A stretch of 64,000 nt of DNA from positions 310,001 to 374,000 of the forward strand of contig NIVC01000946.1 of NCBI GenBank assembly GCA_002269645.1, read 5' to 3'. Shown one piece after another: positions 11,774-24,770 of the stretch. The stretch's first letter is position 1; each line of letters begins with the position of its first letter. This stretch comes from Macrostomum lignano. Taxonomy: Eukaryota. Below the pieces are notes generated by a model that was given only the letters and a program-made list of their open reading frames with translations, ran no database searches and was not told the DNA's origin. Made by a program: the position numbers and the translations under genes.

Positions 11774-13735
11774 TTAATTACTATGGGGTATAGTTAGAAA
11801 AAATAGCATAATGTTTTCTAGCAATAATGCTGGTAAAATAATTGGAGGATGTAAAAATTGTTGTAGTGGATCAATAATATTAATATTATATGATGGCTTA
11901 CAATAAAAGGAAAAATATGATGGCATATACATTGTATTAAATTGCTTGGTTACTAAAAGCCATTTCATTCTAATACAAATTATTTTCCATATAGATAACA
12001 TTATAGGTTCAGAATTTTCTTCTATACATATACTTTCCAAAATTAGCATGCACCTTATAACTGTTAGAGCCTTAAATACTGACAATGCAACTTTTATACA
12101 TGTTGCCACAATACAATCTGTAGGCATGCTATTCATGTCAATTTTAAATAGTTTGCAATCTTTTCAACTACTACGAGCATATAAAAACAAATATATCTAT
12201 TAGGCTACCTTGCTTTACAGTTGTAGCAGAAACTATATTTATTTTTACTGGGTTTAGAACCATAATTGCCTTTTGCAGTTTTGCAACTGAAATTGTTAGG
12301 CAGCTGTAAAACAAACATTTTTAAAGCAACAAGAAAGTGAGATAATATTTTTTTAAATATTAATGCATTGATTCAAAGTGCATAGTCTAAGAAACTTTTA
12401 GACCATTATACATTGGGATAAGCTTAGAATAGTAAAAAATATAATGAAGTTTATATTTTTGCTAGCTTACCTTGCAAAATTTCAATTAATAAATTATTGT
12501 ACTCACAAATTTCACAATAATCTACATTTCGTGGTTCCATTGAGTTTGCTAATAGAATTTCACAAAGCTCACAGTGTAGTAGTAGAAGTCTCATAAAACT
12601 GTTACTTAATGGGTGATCTATGGTAACTATATAAGGCCCAAAGTATAATGGCATTCTATGTGTAACTACTATCATATCAGCTGCATAAAAAGGAAGCCTA
12701 TTTCTGTTTATATGAGCAAGTAATAAAGCTGGCATTGATAAGGGAAAACATTCAAATATAGATTTTACATCTTAAAACTATAATACCTTTTGTTGCAATA
12801 TAAATTTGATTATTAAGCAGAACAACAAAATGGGATACACCTTCTAATAAATCAAATGGACAAGCTTGCTTAATTCCATTCTCATGACTAATTTGCCACA
12901 TGGAGTTCCTTATAAGGTTTGAATGCAAAGTTATACAAAAGTCATCATCAATTGCTTTTGCAGAACAAAATCTACAGACTTGACCAGAAACAAAGTTGGT
13001 ACTAAGGCCAATAAGAGAATTAATAGACAAATTATCTCTAGTATAAAAACAGCAAATTATAGGCACATATTTTCTATTCCCATTAGAATCTTGATACTTA
13101 ATGCCAAAATCATATAGATCATTTAATTCTTTTAGAATTGGCTCATAAATGTCACTAAGACTGATGTCTACTAAATCTTTCTTCTGAATATATTTAAACT
13201 TAACTAAGCTAACAAGGAAGAAACTTTTTTCTTGAGAAGCAATTTTCAATGGTAGATTCAAGATATGAAGATTATAGCATATATTTTATGCTTACATCTG
13301 GCTTTTCCTATTGGGTTAGCCACCTTAAAATCATCAGTATAAATACTAATATAAACAGCATCTTCTAAAACACCATCAACTAGAGTAGCAATATTTAAGA
13401 AAATAAAGACTACTGAAGAATGGTGACATATCTATTAAATGCCCATTGAAAATAATTTGCTGAATATCATAGTTTTGTAATATTGTCTCAATGCTTTCTT
13501 TAATAGGAACATACATAATTCCATTCTTAAACTCATTAAATTTAATTTCAATAGATATGTTCTGGCACTACTAAATCTCAAAGCTAGATATTTGTAGACA
13601 ATTTTGGTAAGTATATAAAATACGTTTAGACTTAATTTTAATATCAAGTGTGCAGCTTCTGCTGCTAAAAACCTAAAAACAGCTAAAAATCCTTCATACA
13701 ATTTCAGCTGCCAATAATTGTTTATATAACCTCGT
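11774..13735 (-). pseudogene. EnSpm/CACTA (animal-type) transposase relic
   Basis: Fragmented frames: IYTDDFKVANPIGKARCKHK (~13290-13350), LKELNDLYDFGI...RDNLSINSLIGLSTNFVSGQVCRFC...GIKQACPF (12752-13261) and MPLYFGPYI...LLLLHCELCEIL (12451-12735). Multiple stops and frameshifts; AT-rich. Confidence 0.8.
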
Positions 13736-13803
13736 CATTTCGGCTAATCAGCTTGGCGCGTTTGTGTTTGCCAATCGCTACTGTGGCCAGTAGTGTCAGG
13801 CGA

Positions 13804-16800
13804 ATGTCAATTCAAGCTGAATTTCAAGGCATACCGGAAGGTATGCAGCTAGTGGAGGAAGGCAAAGCTAAGATTGCTGTGCCTAAAGATGTTTTCTATA
13901 ATCCAGTGCAGGTGAGTTTGAGGGTTTGAGAAAGTACATGTGTGTAGCGAGCAAGATTGAAGAGGGGTGGCGCCCCAGCCCCCACCCAATCCAGGCCTAT
14001 AAAAAGTTTGGGTGTCAGTTTTAGGGTTTGAGAAAAAGTGTGTGTGCGTAGCGAGCAAGAGTCAAGAGGGGTGGCGCCCCAGCCCCCAATCCAGCCCGAT
14101 AAAAAGTTTGGGTGTCCTCTTGCCCGCTTGTGTCTGAATTTGACCTCTCTCCTTACTGCTCTCTCATTGGCTGAGCTAGCTTGCGTTGCCCCTAGACTTA
14201 GTTTCGTCCTAAATTTGACCTCTCTCCTTACTGCTCTCTCATTGGCTGAGCTAGCTTGCGTTGCCCCTAGACTTAGTTTCGTCCTAAATTTGACCTCTCT
14301 CCTTACTGCTCTCTCATTGGCTGAGCTAGATTAGGCCTGTCCCTAGGCTGAGTTTCGTCCGTCTTGCGTTCACTTGTGTACATCGAGTTAAATAAATGCT
14401 TGCTGTACATGCTTACCCCATATGCTCCTAAGGCCGCAAGTCCAGAGTAAGGAAAGAAAATTTTAGCCAACATTAAATCTAAGTGACACTGCGCAGACAA
14501 ACTACTGAAAATGAGTAGACGCTATTTTGTCACAGCTTTAATTTCGGGAGACAAATATAGTTTTCTGGTATCTGTGCGCTTAGCTAATTTCAACCCTCTT
14601 TCTACCCCGATCTCGTTGGAAAACGTTAATGATGCGAATCGCTAAAGAGTTATAGCAAACAACTCACTAGTGACTCTAGCGACTCTTGTGACTATTTAGC
14701 GACTCAAACGACTTTAATGCAACGTAGAAGCGACTGACTAAATGGAGTTGCTATAAATACGAAATGCGATTCCAATTCATAAAGTGACGCAGATGCACTT
14801 TAGACGCAACTCGGCGACTCGACATCGACTCTGGCACGCTTCAAATACGACTCTTACGGCCTAGAGTCGCTTAAACGACTCTTTGGCGACTTGCACCGAG
14901 ACATCTCGTCGTTCTAGAGTCGTCTAGAGTCACTCCTTTTCTTTCCTATTTTACCTGCGTTACCTGTACCATTTTTATCGGGGATATCCGATATGTCTGG
15001 AAAACAATTTTTTCTAGCTATTTGCCAGGGTTTTTCCCCACTACTATACAAACTACAACTTAATGTATTGTTAATCTGCCTTCCAACGGACCCCATTCCA
15101 AAAAAACACGCAGGTGTTCAACCGAGACCTGACCATGGCCGTACTGAACGTATTCGGCCAGCAGTACCTTGCCGAACTGGCCGGCAGACGAGAGAAGCGC
15201 GCTCAGCAGCAATCGGAGCCTCCGCCTGAGCAGCAACCCGACGGCCTTCGAATTCTTGAAGCCCTGGCAGCCACTGGGCTGCGCTCGATTCGCATAGCCA
15301 AGGAAGTGCCCAACGTTGCTAAGATTGTTGCTAATGACAACAGCGAAGAGGCTGTTCGTTTAATTAAATCAAACATAGTCAGGAACGGTGTTGATGAGCT
15401 TGTGGAAGCATCGCTAAACGACGCTGTACTGCTTGGTCATCAGTGCGCTCGACTACCGCCTGATGAGCGCTTTGATGTTGTGGATTTGGATCCTTACGGT
15501 TCCGCTGTGCCTTTTTTGGATAGCGCTGTCCAGGTGATTGACACGTGTAATACATTGGAAAAATTATAGAGAATTTTTCTGAATGGGGCTTCAGCTAGTT
15601 TGGGATCTGGATGAGGCTTCAGATTGGTATATGGATGAGGCTTCAGATTGGTATATGGATGAGGCTTCAGATTGGTATATGGATGAGGCTTCAGATTGGT
15701 ATATGGATGAGGCTTCAGATTGGTATATGGATGAGGCTTCAGATTGGTATAAGGATGAGGCTTCAGATTGGTATATGGATGACGCTTCAGATTGGTATAT
15801 GGATGAGGCTTCAGATTGGTATATGGATGAGGCTTCAGATTGGGATCTGGATGACGCTTCAGTTTGGGATCTGGATGACGCTTCAGTTTTATGATCTGGG
15901 TGAGGCTTCAGTTTGGGATCTGGATGAGGCTTCAGATTGGTATATGGATGAGGCTTCAGATTGGTATATGGATGAGGCTTCAGATTGGTATATGGATGAG
16001 GCTTCAGATTGGGATCTGGATGACGCTTCAGTTTTATGATCTGGGTGAGGCTTCAGTTTGGGATCTGGATGAGGCTTCAGTTTGGGATCTGGGTGAGGCT
16101 TCAGTATTGGATCTGGATGAGGCTTCAGTTTTATGATCTGGGTGAGGCTTCAGTCTGGGATCTGGGTGAGGCTTCAGTTTGGGATCTGGGTGAGGCTTCA
16201 GTTTGGGATCTGGGTGAGGCTTCAGTATTAGATCTGGATGAGGCTTCAGTTTGGGATCTGGATGACGCTTCAGTTTTATGATCTGGGTGAGGCTTCAGTT
16301 TGGGATCTGGATGAGGCTTCAGTTTGGGATCTGGATGAGGCTTCAGTATTAGATCTGGATGAGGCTTCAGTATTAGATCTGGATGAGGCTTCAGTATTAG
16401 ATCTGGATGAGGCTTTAGTTTGGGATCTGGATGAGGCTTCAGTATTAGATCTGGATGAGGCTTTAGTTTGGGATCCGGATGAGGCTTCAGTATTAGATCT
16501 GGATGAGGCTTCAGTATTAGATCTGGATGAGGCTTTAGTTTGGGATCTGGGTGAGGCTTTTGTTTGGGATCTGGGTGAGGCTTTTGTTTGGGATCTGGGT
16601 GAGGCTTCAGTATTAGATCTGGATGAGGCTTTAGTTTGGGATCTGGGTGAGGCTTTTGTTTGGGATCTGGGTGAGGCTTTTGTTTGGGATCTGGATGAGG
16701 CTTCAGATTGGTATATGGATGAGGCTTCAGATTGGTATATGGATGAGGCTTCAGATTGGTATATGGATGAGGCTTCAGATTGGGATCTGGATGACGCTTC

Positions 16801-19800
16801 AGTTTTATGATCTGGGTGAGGCTTCAGTTTGGGATCTGGATGAGGCTTCAGTTTGGGATCTGGGTGAGGCTTCAGTATTGGATCTGGATGAGGCTTCAGT
16901 TTTATGATCTGGGTGAGGCTTCAGTCTGGGATCTGGGTGAGGCTTCAGTCTGGGATCTGGGTGAGGCTTCAGTTTGGGATCTGGGTGAGGCTTCAGTATT
17001 AGATCTGGATGAGGCTTCAGTTTGGGATCTGGATGACGCTTCAGTTTTATGATCTGGGTGAGGCTTCAGTTTGGGATCTGGATGAGGCTTCAGTTTGGGA
17101 TCTGGATGAGGCTTCAGTATTAGATCTGGATGAGGCTTCAGTATTAGATCTGGATGAGGCTTTAGTTTGGGATCTGGATGAGGCTTCAGTATTAGATCTG
17201 GATGAGGCTTTAGTTTGGGATCCGGATGAGGCTTCAGTATTAGATCTGGATGAGGCTTCAGTATTAGATCTGGATGAGGCTTTAGTTTGGGATCTGGGTG
17301 AGGCTTTTGTTTGGGATCTGGGTGAGGCTTTTGTTTGGGATCTGGGTGAGGCTTCAGTATTAGATCTGGATGAGGCTTTAGTTTGGGATCTGGGTGAGGC
17401 TTTTGTTTGGGATCTGGGTGAGGCTTTTGTTTGGGATCTGGATGAGGCTTCAGATTGGTATATGGATGAGGCTTCAGATTGGTATATGGATGAGGCTTCA
17501 GATTGGTATATGGATGAGGCTTCAGATTGGGATCTGGATGACGCTTCAGTTTTATGATCTGGGTGAGGCTTCAGTTTGGGATCTGGATGAGGCTTCAGTT
17601 TGGGATCTGGGTGAGGCTTCAGTATTGGATCTGGATGAGGCTTCAGTTTTATGATCTGGGTGAGGCTTCAGTCTGGGATCTGGGTGAGGCTTCAGTCTGG
17701 GATCTGGGTGAGGCTTCAGTTTGGGATCTGGGTGAGGCTTCAGTATTAGATCTGGATGAGGCTTCAGTTTGGGATCTGGATGACGCTTCAGTTTTATGAT
17801 CTGGGTGAGGCTTCAGTTTGGGATCTGGATGAGGCTTCAGTTTGGGATCTGGATGAGGCTTCAGTATTAGATCTGGATGAGGCTTCAGTATTAGATCTGG
17901 ATGAGGCTTTAGTTTGGGATCTGGATGAGGCTTCAGTATTAGATCTGGATGAGGCTTTAGTTTGGGATCCGGATGAGGCTTCAGTATTAGATCTGGATGA
18001 GGCTTCAGTATTAGATCTGGATGAGGCTTTAGTTTGGGATCTGGGTGAGGCTTTTGTTTGGGATCTGGGTGAGGCTTTTGTTTGGGATCTGGGTGAGGCT
18101 TCAGTATTAGATCTGGATGAGGCTTTAGTTTGGGATCTGGGTGAGGCTTTTGTTTGGGATCTGGGTGAGGCTTTTGTTTGGGATCTGGGTGAGGCTAAAG
18201 TTTTTTGGAACTTACCTTCGAAAATTATTCTGAGAAACCGTTAGAGTGCTTAAATTCTAGGTATACTACTTACTTCTTTTATTACAACTTTCTACTGTAA
18301 ATTTATCCCAGGCAGTCCGGCCAGGTGGGCTTCTGTGCGTAACCTGCACCGACACGGCCGTGCTGTGCGGCTCCGCCTTCGGCACCTGCTACGGTCGGTA
18401 CGGCGCCGTGCCCTACCGCGGCGCTGGCATGCACGAGGCCTCGCTGCGCGTGCTGCTCCAGTGCGTGCAGTCTCACGCCAGCCGGCACTCGCGCTACATC
18501 GAGCCGCTGCTCAGCCTTTCAGTTGATTTCTACGTTCGAATCTACCTAAGAGTGCACCGCGGCCAGGGCGAGGTGAAGAAGATCGGCCGCCGCCTGGCTA
18601 TGCTGCACTATTGTCCGGAGTGCGACTCGCATTGGCTGCAGCCCATGTCCGACTGCGGCCGAGACAAAGCCGGACAGGTGCTCATGCGGCCGGCCAGATT
18701 GTTAGGCGTTGGATCGGCGAACGGCCGGTGCGGACAGTGCGGCATCGGCCGGCTGCAGCTGGCCGGGCCAATGTGGTCGGACTCTATTCATTCCGTTGAT
18801 TTTGTTCGACGTCTAGTCGATTTTGTACGTCGACAACGGGCGTCGACAGTTGGCGAAATTGCGTCGGAGACGGAGCAGCCGGGCTGCTTTGAGTTGGCCA
18901 GCTCAGACAGGCTCATTGGTTTGCTGTCCGTGGCTGCTGAGGAGCTGCCGGATGCGCCGCTGTTTTATACACTAGACGGGCTGGCCAGGTTTGTGTTGAA
19001 TCCCATTGCATATTTCAACTCCAAAGTAATGTTATATATAATTGGCAGTCTCTCCACTTGAAAACGTTGCCGCGATAAGAATAGCTTAAGAGTCATTGCA
19101 AACAGCTCACTAGTGACTCTAGCAACTCTTGTCACTTATTAGCAACTCAAACGGATGCAGTACGACTCAGAGGCGACTGTTGAGTCAGGAGCCGTTGAAA
19201 ACGATACCGTGACAAGAATCGCAGAAAAGTCGTTGCAAAAAACTCTAGCGACTCTGGAGGCGACTCTTCCTCTTGTAACTTTTTAACGACTCAAAACGAC
19301 TGTAATATGACGGACAGGCGACTGTTGCGTCACAAGCCGGTCACGCGAGCTGTAGAATCGAAAGAGTCACAAGAGTCGTCCAAGAATCATGTGTTGGCGC
19401 TGTACTTTCTACTAACTCAGTAGACTAGTTAGAGCACTTCAAACCCAATTAAGAGACTCTAACAGTGACTCCAGCATATCTCAAATACGACTATACGGAC
19501 CCAGAGTCGTTATTCCATCGCCCCAGAGTCGTAGACAATAAAGCGCTTCAAAGTGATTCTTAAGTGACTCTTTGAAGACTTTTTGGCGACCTGTAACGTG
19601 ACCTCTCGTCGTTTAGAGTGATCGTCTGGAGCCACTGGAGTTTGAAATGCGATTCTAATTCATAAGTGACGCAGATGCAGATGTCTCAGATACAACTTTA
19701 CGGCCGAGAGTCATTATAGAAGCGCCCCAGAGCCGTTTCAGAGTTGCAGACCTTAAAACCCCTCGAATTGACTCTTAGTCAACTCTTTGACGACTATTTG

Positions 19801-21773
19801 GCGACTTGTACCGTGACATGACCAAGCAAATGACCGAGAAAATGACTAAGCAGTATGACCAAGTAAAATGACCAAGCAATATGACCAAGTAAAATGACCA
19901 AGCAAATGAACAAGTAAAATGACTAAGCAATATGACCAAGTAAAATGACTAAGCAATATGACCAAGTAAAATGACCAAGCAAATGACCGAGAAAATGACT
20001 AAGCAAAATGAACAAGTAAAATGACTAAGCAATATGACCAAGTAAAATGACCAAGCAAATGACCGAGAAAATTACTAAGCAATATGACCAAGTAAAATGA
20101 CCAAGCAAATGACCGAGAAAATGACTAAGCAATATGACCAAGTAAAATGACTAAGCAATATGACCAAGTAAAATTACTAAGCAATATGACCAAGTAAAAT
20201 GACCAAGCAATATGACCAAGTAAAATGACCAAGCAATATGACCAAGTAAAATGACTAAGCAATATGACCAAGTAAAATGACTAAGCAATATGACCAAGTA
20301 AAATGACCAAGCAATATGACCAAGTAAAATGACCAAGCAAATGACTGAGAAATCTACAATTTATACTATTCCCCACAAATATAATTTTTTAGGCTCCCAG
20401 TCATTAGTAATGTCATCAATATGTCCCCAAGACAAACTGTAAGACCCAGAATCCCATGCTTAGTATCCCAACTGCCCCTTACCCTTACCACAGGGCAGTG
20501 AAGCGCAGCACAATGCCAATGAAGGTCGCTCGCTCCGCTCTGCTCAACGCTGGCTACCGGGTCTCCATATCCCACTGCGAGGGCAACGCCATCAAGACGG
20601 ACGCCCCGGCCAGCTTCCTCTGGGACATGGTGCGCGCCCACTACCGGCAGTCTGGCGAGCAGATGTCCGAGCGACACCTGGGCGAGGGCTCCCTGCCGAA
20701 GGCTCTGCTTGTGGACCATCCCGCTGCCGCTGGCGACGGCGCTGCCAGCATCGACTTTTCCCTGCATCTGCACGCTGAGCCACCGTCCAAGGCTGACGGA
20801 CTGTTGAGGTGATTATAACTGTCTGCATTTCTGACTTGGACTGGGCCACCACTGCCATCAGATCCTCAGTTGCCGAGCCACCGCCCTCCCAGATCCTCAG
20901 TTGCTGAGCCACTGCCCTCCCAAATCCTCAGTTGCCGAGCCACTGCCCTCCCAGATCCTCAGTTGCTGGGCCACCGCCCTCCCAGATCCTCAGTTTCTGG
21001 GCCACCGCCCTCCCAGATCCTCAGTTGCTGAGCCACTGCCCTCCCAGATCCTCAGTTGCTGAGCCACTGCCATCAGATCCTCAGTTGCCGAGCCACTGCC
21101 CTCCCAGATCCTCAGTTGCCGAGCCACTGCCATCAGATCCTCAGTTGCCGAGCCACTGCCCTCCCAGATCCTCAGTTGCCGAGCCACTGCCCTCCCAGAT
21201 CCTCAGTTGCTGAGCCACTGCCCTCCCAGATCCTCAGTTGCCGAGCCACCGCCCCTCCCAGATCCTTAGCTGCTGGGCCACCGCCCTCCCAGATCCTCAG
21301 CTGCTGAGCCACCGCCCTCCCAGATCCTCAGTTGCTGGGCCACCGCCCTCCCATATCCTCAGTTGCTGAGCCACCGCCCTCCCAGATCCTCAGCTGCTGA
21401 GCCACCGCCCTCCCAGATCCTCAGTTGCTGGGCCACCGCCCTCCCATATCCTCAGTTGCTGAGCTACCGTCCTTCCTGATCCTCAGTTGCTGGGCCAGCC
21501 GCCGCCGCTCTCCCAGAACCTCAGACAACATAATCCAAGACCTATATATAATATCGCAGGTTCCACAAGCCGCCGCCCAACTGGGGTCCGAAGCCGCGTG
21601 CCAAGCGGAAAGCCAATGGCGATGGCGCAGCTTCTACAGCGGAGGCCAATGCTGCCACCGCTGCTGCACAGGATGACCTCACTGAAGATCAGAATGACAA
21701 TGAATTTTCGGGAGCATCTTGCGGCGAAGAGGAATCGGCGAAAAAGTACAAGGAGTCATCGTCACCTAGTTAA
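13804..21773 (+). CDS. TRMT1: tRNA (guanine26-N2)-dimethyltransferase, 5 exons, 577 aa
   Basis: Exons 13804-13911, 15114-15533, 18312-18988, 20494-20808 and 21560-21773, all GT-AG with consistent phases. Motifs VFYNPVQ|[41 protein letters not shown]...[13 protein letters not shown]. Confidence 0.95.
14137..14335. repeat. 75-bp tandem repeat (~2.7 copies), TRMT1 intron 1
   Basis: TTTGACC recurs with a 75-bp period. The unit contains TCTCATTGGCTGAG. Confidence 0.9.
14606..14915. mobile_element. GACTC-rich dispersed repeat (MITE family) copy, TRMT1 intron 1
   Basis: Shares GAAAACG...CTCACTAGTGACTCTAGC...TTTGGCGACTTG.ACCG.GACAT with 19056-19820 and 38447-39116. Confidence 0.7.
15590..18196. repeat. 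24-bp minisatellite (GGATGAGGCTTCAG...) with ~750-bp higher-order repeat, TRMT1 intron 2
   Basis: The unit translates as [16 protein letters not shown]. Identical track ORFs start at 16036, 16807 and 17554. Confidence 0.95.
19056..19820. mobile_element. GACTC-rich dispersed repeat (MITE family), TRMT1 intron 3
   Basis: Same motifs as 14606-14915. GCCGTTGAAAACGATACCGTGACAAGA (19191) matches the reverse complement of 39090-39116. Confidence 0.7.
19822..20350. repeat. ~13-bp minisatellite ATGAC(C/T)AAG(T/C)AA(A), TRMT1 intron 3
   Basis: Direct inspection. Confidence 0.95.
20845..21500. repeat. ~28-bp minisatellite CCCAGATCCTCAGTTGCTG(A/G)GCCAC(C/T)GCCCT, TRMT1 intron 4
   Basis: Direct inspection; same family as 37465-39303. 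Confidence 0.95.
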
Positions 21774-21919
21774 TAAATGTGCCACTGCGGCCTGTGACCA
21801 GTTTAACTTAAATCCAGAGAGCGAATTGATCAGGCCATCTGGAGAATCGCTTTAAAGAGTCGCCCGTCGCCCTTTGGCACAAAATTTATTGTTATCAAGT
21901 CACCCCCCCCCCCCCTACC

Positions 21920-24770
21920 AGGCCTTAGAGAATCGTCTTTGAGAATCGCCCTAGAGAATAGCCTCAGAGAATCGCCCCTCATCCAACCAGGCCTCAGAGA
22001 ATCGCCCCTCATCCAGCCAGGCCTCAGAGAATCGCCCCTCATCCAGCCAGGCCTCAGAGAATCGCCCCTCATCCAGCCAGGCCTCAGAGAATCGCCCCTC
22101 ATCCAACCAGGCCTCAGAGAATCGCCCCTCATCCAACCAGGCCTCAGAGAATCGCCCCTCATCCAGCCAGGCCTCAGAGAATAGCCCCTCATCCAGCCAG
22201 GCCTCAGAGAATAGCCCCTCATCCAGCCAGGCCTCAGAGAATAGCCCCTCATCCAGCCAGGCCTCAGAGAATCGCCCCTCATCCAGCCAGGCCTCAGAGA
22301 ATCGCCCCTCATCCAGCCAGGCCCCTCATCCAGCCAGGCCTCAGAGAATAGCCCCTCATCCAGCCAGGTCTCAGAGAATAGCCCCTCATCCAGCCAGGCC
22401 TCAGAGAATCGCCCCTCATCCAGCCAGGCCTCAGAGAATAGCCCCTCATCCAGCCAGGCCTCAGAGAATAGCCCCTCATCCAGCCAGGCCCCTCATCCAG
22501 CCAGGCCCCTCATCCAGCCAGGCCTCAGAGAATAGCCCCTCATCCAGCCAGGCCTCAGAGAATAGCCCCTCATCCAGCCAGGCCTCAGAGAATCGCCCCT
22601 CATCCAGCCAGGCCCCTCATCCAGCCAGGCCTCAGAGAATCGCCCCTCATCCAGCCAGGCCCCTCATCCAGCCAGGCCTCAGAGAATAGCCCCTCATCCA
22701 GCCAGGTCTCAGAGAATAGCCCCTCATCCAGCCAGGCCTCAGAGAATCGCCCCTCATCCAGCCAGGCCTCAGAGAATAGCCCCTCATCCAGCCAGGCCTC
22801 AGAGAATAGCCCCTCATCCAGCCAGGCCCCTCATCCAGCCAGGTCTCAGAGAATCGCCCCTCATCCAGCCAGGCCCCTCATCCAGCCAGGCCTCAGAGAA
22901 TCGCCCCTCATCCAGCCAGGCCCCTCATCCAGCCAGGCCTCAGAGAATAGCCCCTCATCCAGCCAGGCCTCAGAGAATCGCCCCTCATCCAGCCAGGCCT
23001 CAGAGAATCGCCCCTCATCCAGCCAGGCCTCAGAGAATAGCCCCTCATCCAGCCAGGCCTCAGAGAATCGCCCCTCATCCAGCCAGGCCCCTCATCCAGC
23101 CAGGCCTCAGAGAATAGCCCCTCATCCAGCCAGGCCTCAGAGAATCGCCCCTCATCCAGCCAGGCCCCTCATCCAGCCAGGCCTCAGAGAATCGCCCCTC
23201 ATCCAGCCAGGCCCCTCATCCAGCCAGGCCTCAGAGAATCGCCCCTCATCCAGCCAGGCCCCTCATCCAGCCAGGCCTCAGAGAATAGCCCCTCATCCAA
23301 CCAGGCCTCAGAGAATCGCCCCTCATCCAGCCAGGCCTCAGAGAATCGCCCCTCATCCAACCAGGCCTCAGAGAATCGCCCCTCATCCAGCCAGGCCCCT
23401 CATCCAGCCAGGCCCCTCATCCAGCCAGGCCCCTCATCCAGCCAGGCCCCTCATCCAGCCAGGCCCCTCATCCAGCCAGGCCCCTCATCCAGCCAGGCCT
23501 CAGAGAATCGCCCCTCATCCAGCCAGGCCCCTCATCCAGCCAGGCCTCAGAGAATAGCCCCTCATCCAGCCAGGCCTCAGAGAATCGCCCCTCATCCAGC
23601 CAGGCCCCTCATCCAGCCAGGCCCCTCATCCAGCCAGGCCTCAGAGAATCGCCCCTCATCCAGCCAGGCCCCTCATCCAGCCAGGCCTCAGAGAATAGCC
23701 CCTCATCCAACCAGGCCTCAGAGAATCGCCCCTCATCCAGCCAGGCCTCAGAGAATCGCCCCTCATCCAACCAGGCCTCAGAGAATCGCCCCTCATCCAG
23801 CCAGGCCCCTCATCCAGCCAGGCCCCTCATCCAGCCAGGCCCCTCATCCAGCCAGGCCCCTCATCCAGCCAGGCCTCAGAGAATCGCCCCTCATCCAGCC
23901 AGGCCCCTCATCCAGCCAGGCCTCAGAGAATAGCCCCTCATCCAGCCAGGCCTCAGAGAATCGCCCCTCATCCAGCCAGGCCCCTCATCCAGCCAGGCCT
24001 CAGAGAATAGCCCCTCATCCAGCCAGGCCTCAGAGAATCGCCCCTCATCCAGCCAGGCCCCTCATCCAGCCAGGCCTCAGAGAATCGCCCCTCATCCAGC
24101 CAGGCCCCTCATCCAGCCAGGCCTCAGAGAATCGCCCCTCATCCAGCCAGGCCCCTCATCCAGCCAGGCCTCAGAGAATAGCCCCTCATCCAACCAGGCC
24201 TCAGAGAATCGCCCCTCATCCAGCCAGGCCTCAGAGAATCGCCCCTCATCCAACCAGGCCTCAGAGAATCGCCCCTCATCCAGCCAGGCCCCTCATCCAG
24301 CCAGGCCCCTCATCCAGCCAGGCCCCTCATCCAGCCAGGCCCCTCATCCAGCCAGGCCCCTCATCTAGCCAGGCCTCAGAGAATCGCCCCTCATCCAGCC
24401 AGGCCCCTCATCCAGCCAGGCCTCAGAGAATAGCCCCTCATCCAGCCAGGCCTCAGAGAATCGCCCCTCATCCAGCCAGGCCCCTCATCCAGCCAGGCCC
24501 CTCATCCAGCCAGGCCTCAGAGAATCGCCCCTCATCCAGCCAGGCCCCTCATCCAGTCAGGCCTCAGAGAATCGCCCCTCATCCAGCCAGGCCCCTCATC
24601 CAGCCAGGCCTCAGAGAATCGCCCCTCATCCAGCCAGGCCTCAGAGAATAGCCCCTCATCCAACCAGGCCTCAGAGAATCGCCCCTCATCCAGCCAGGCC
24701 TCAGAGAATCGCCCCTCATCCAACCAGGCCTCAGAAAATCGCCCCTCATCCAGCCAGGCCTCAGAAAATC
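21920..24770. repeat. Minisatellite of interspersed 30-bp and 17-bp units (CCAGCCAGGC[CTCAGAGAAT(C/A)GC]CCCTCAT)
   Basis: The 17-bp unit is a fixed 13-bp deletion variant of the 30-bp unit. Confidence 0.95.

Noticed and set aside
11610-13785. CACAGTA...TACTGTG as EnSpm termini
   Set aside because: Only 7 bp match and there is no matching TSD.
15583-18244. Many long ORFs with [16 protein letters not shown] repeats
   Set aside because: They are translations of a 24-bp minisatellite inside TRMT1 intron 2, whose flanking exons splice in phase without them.
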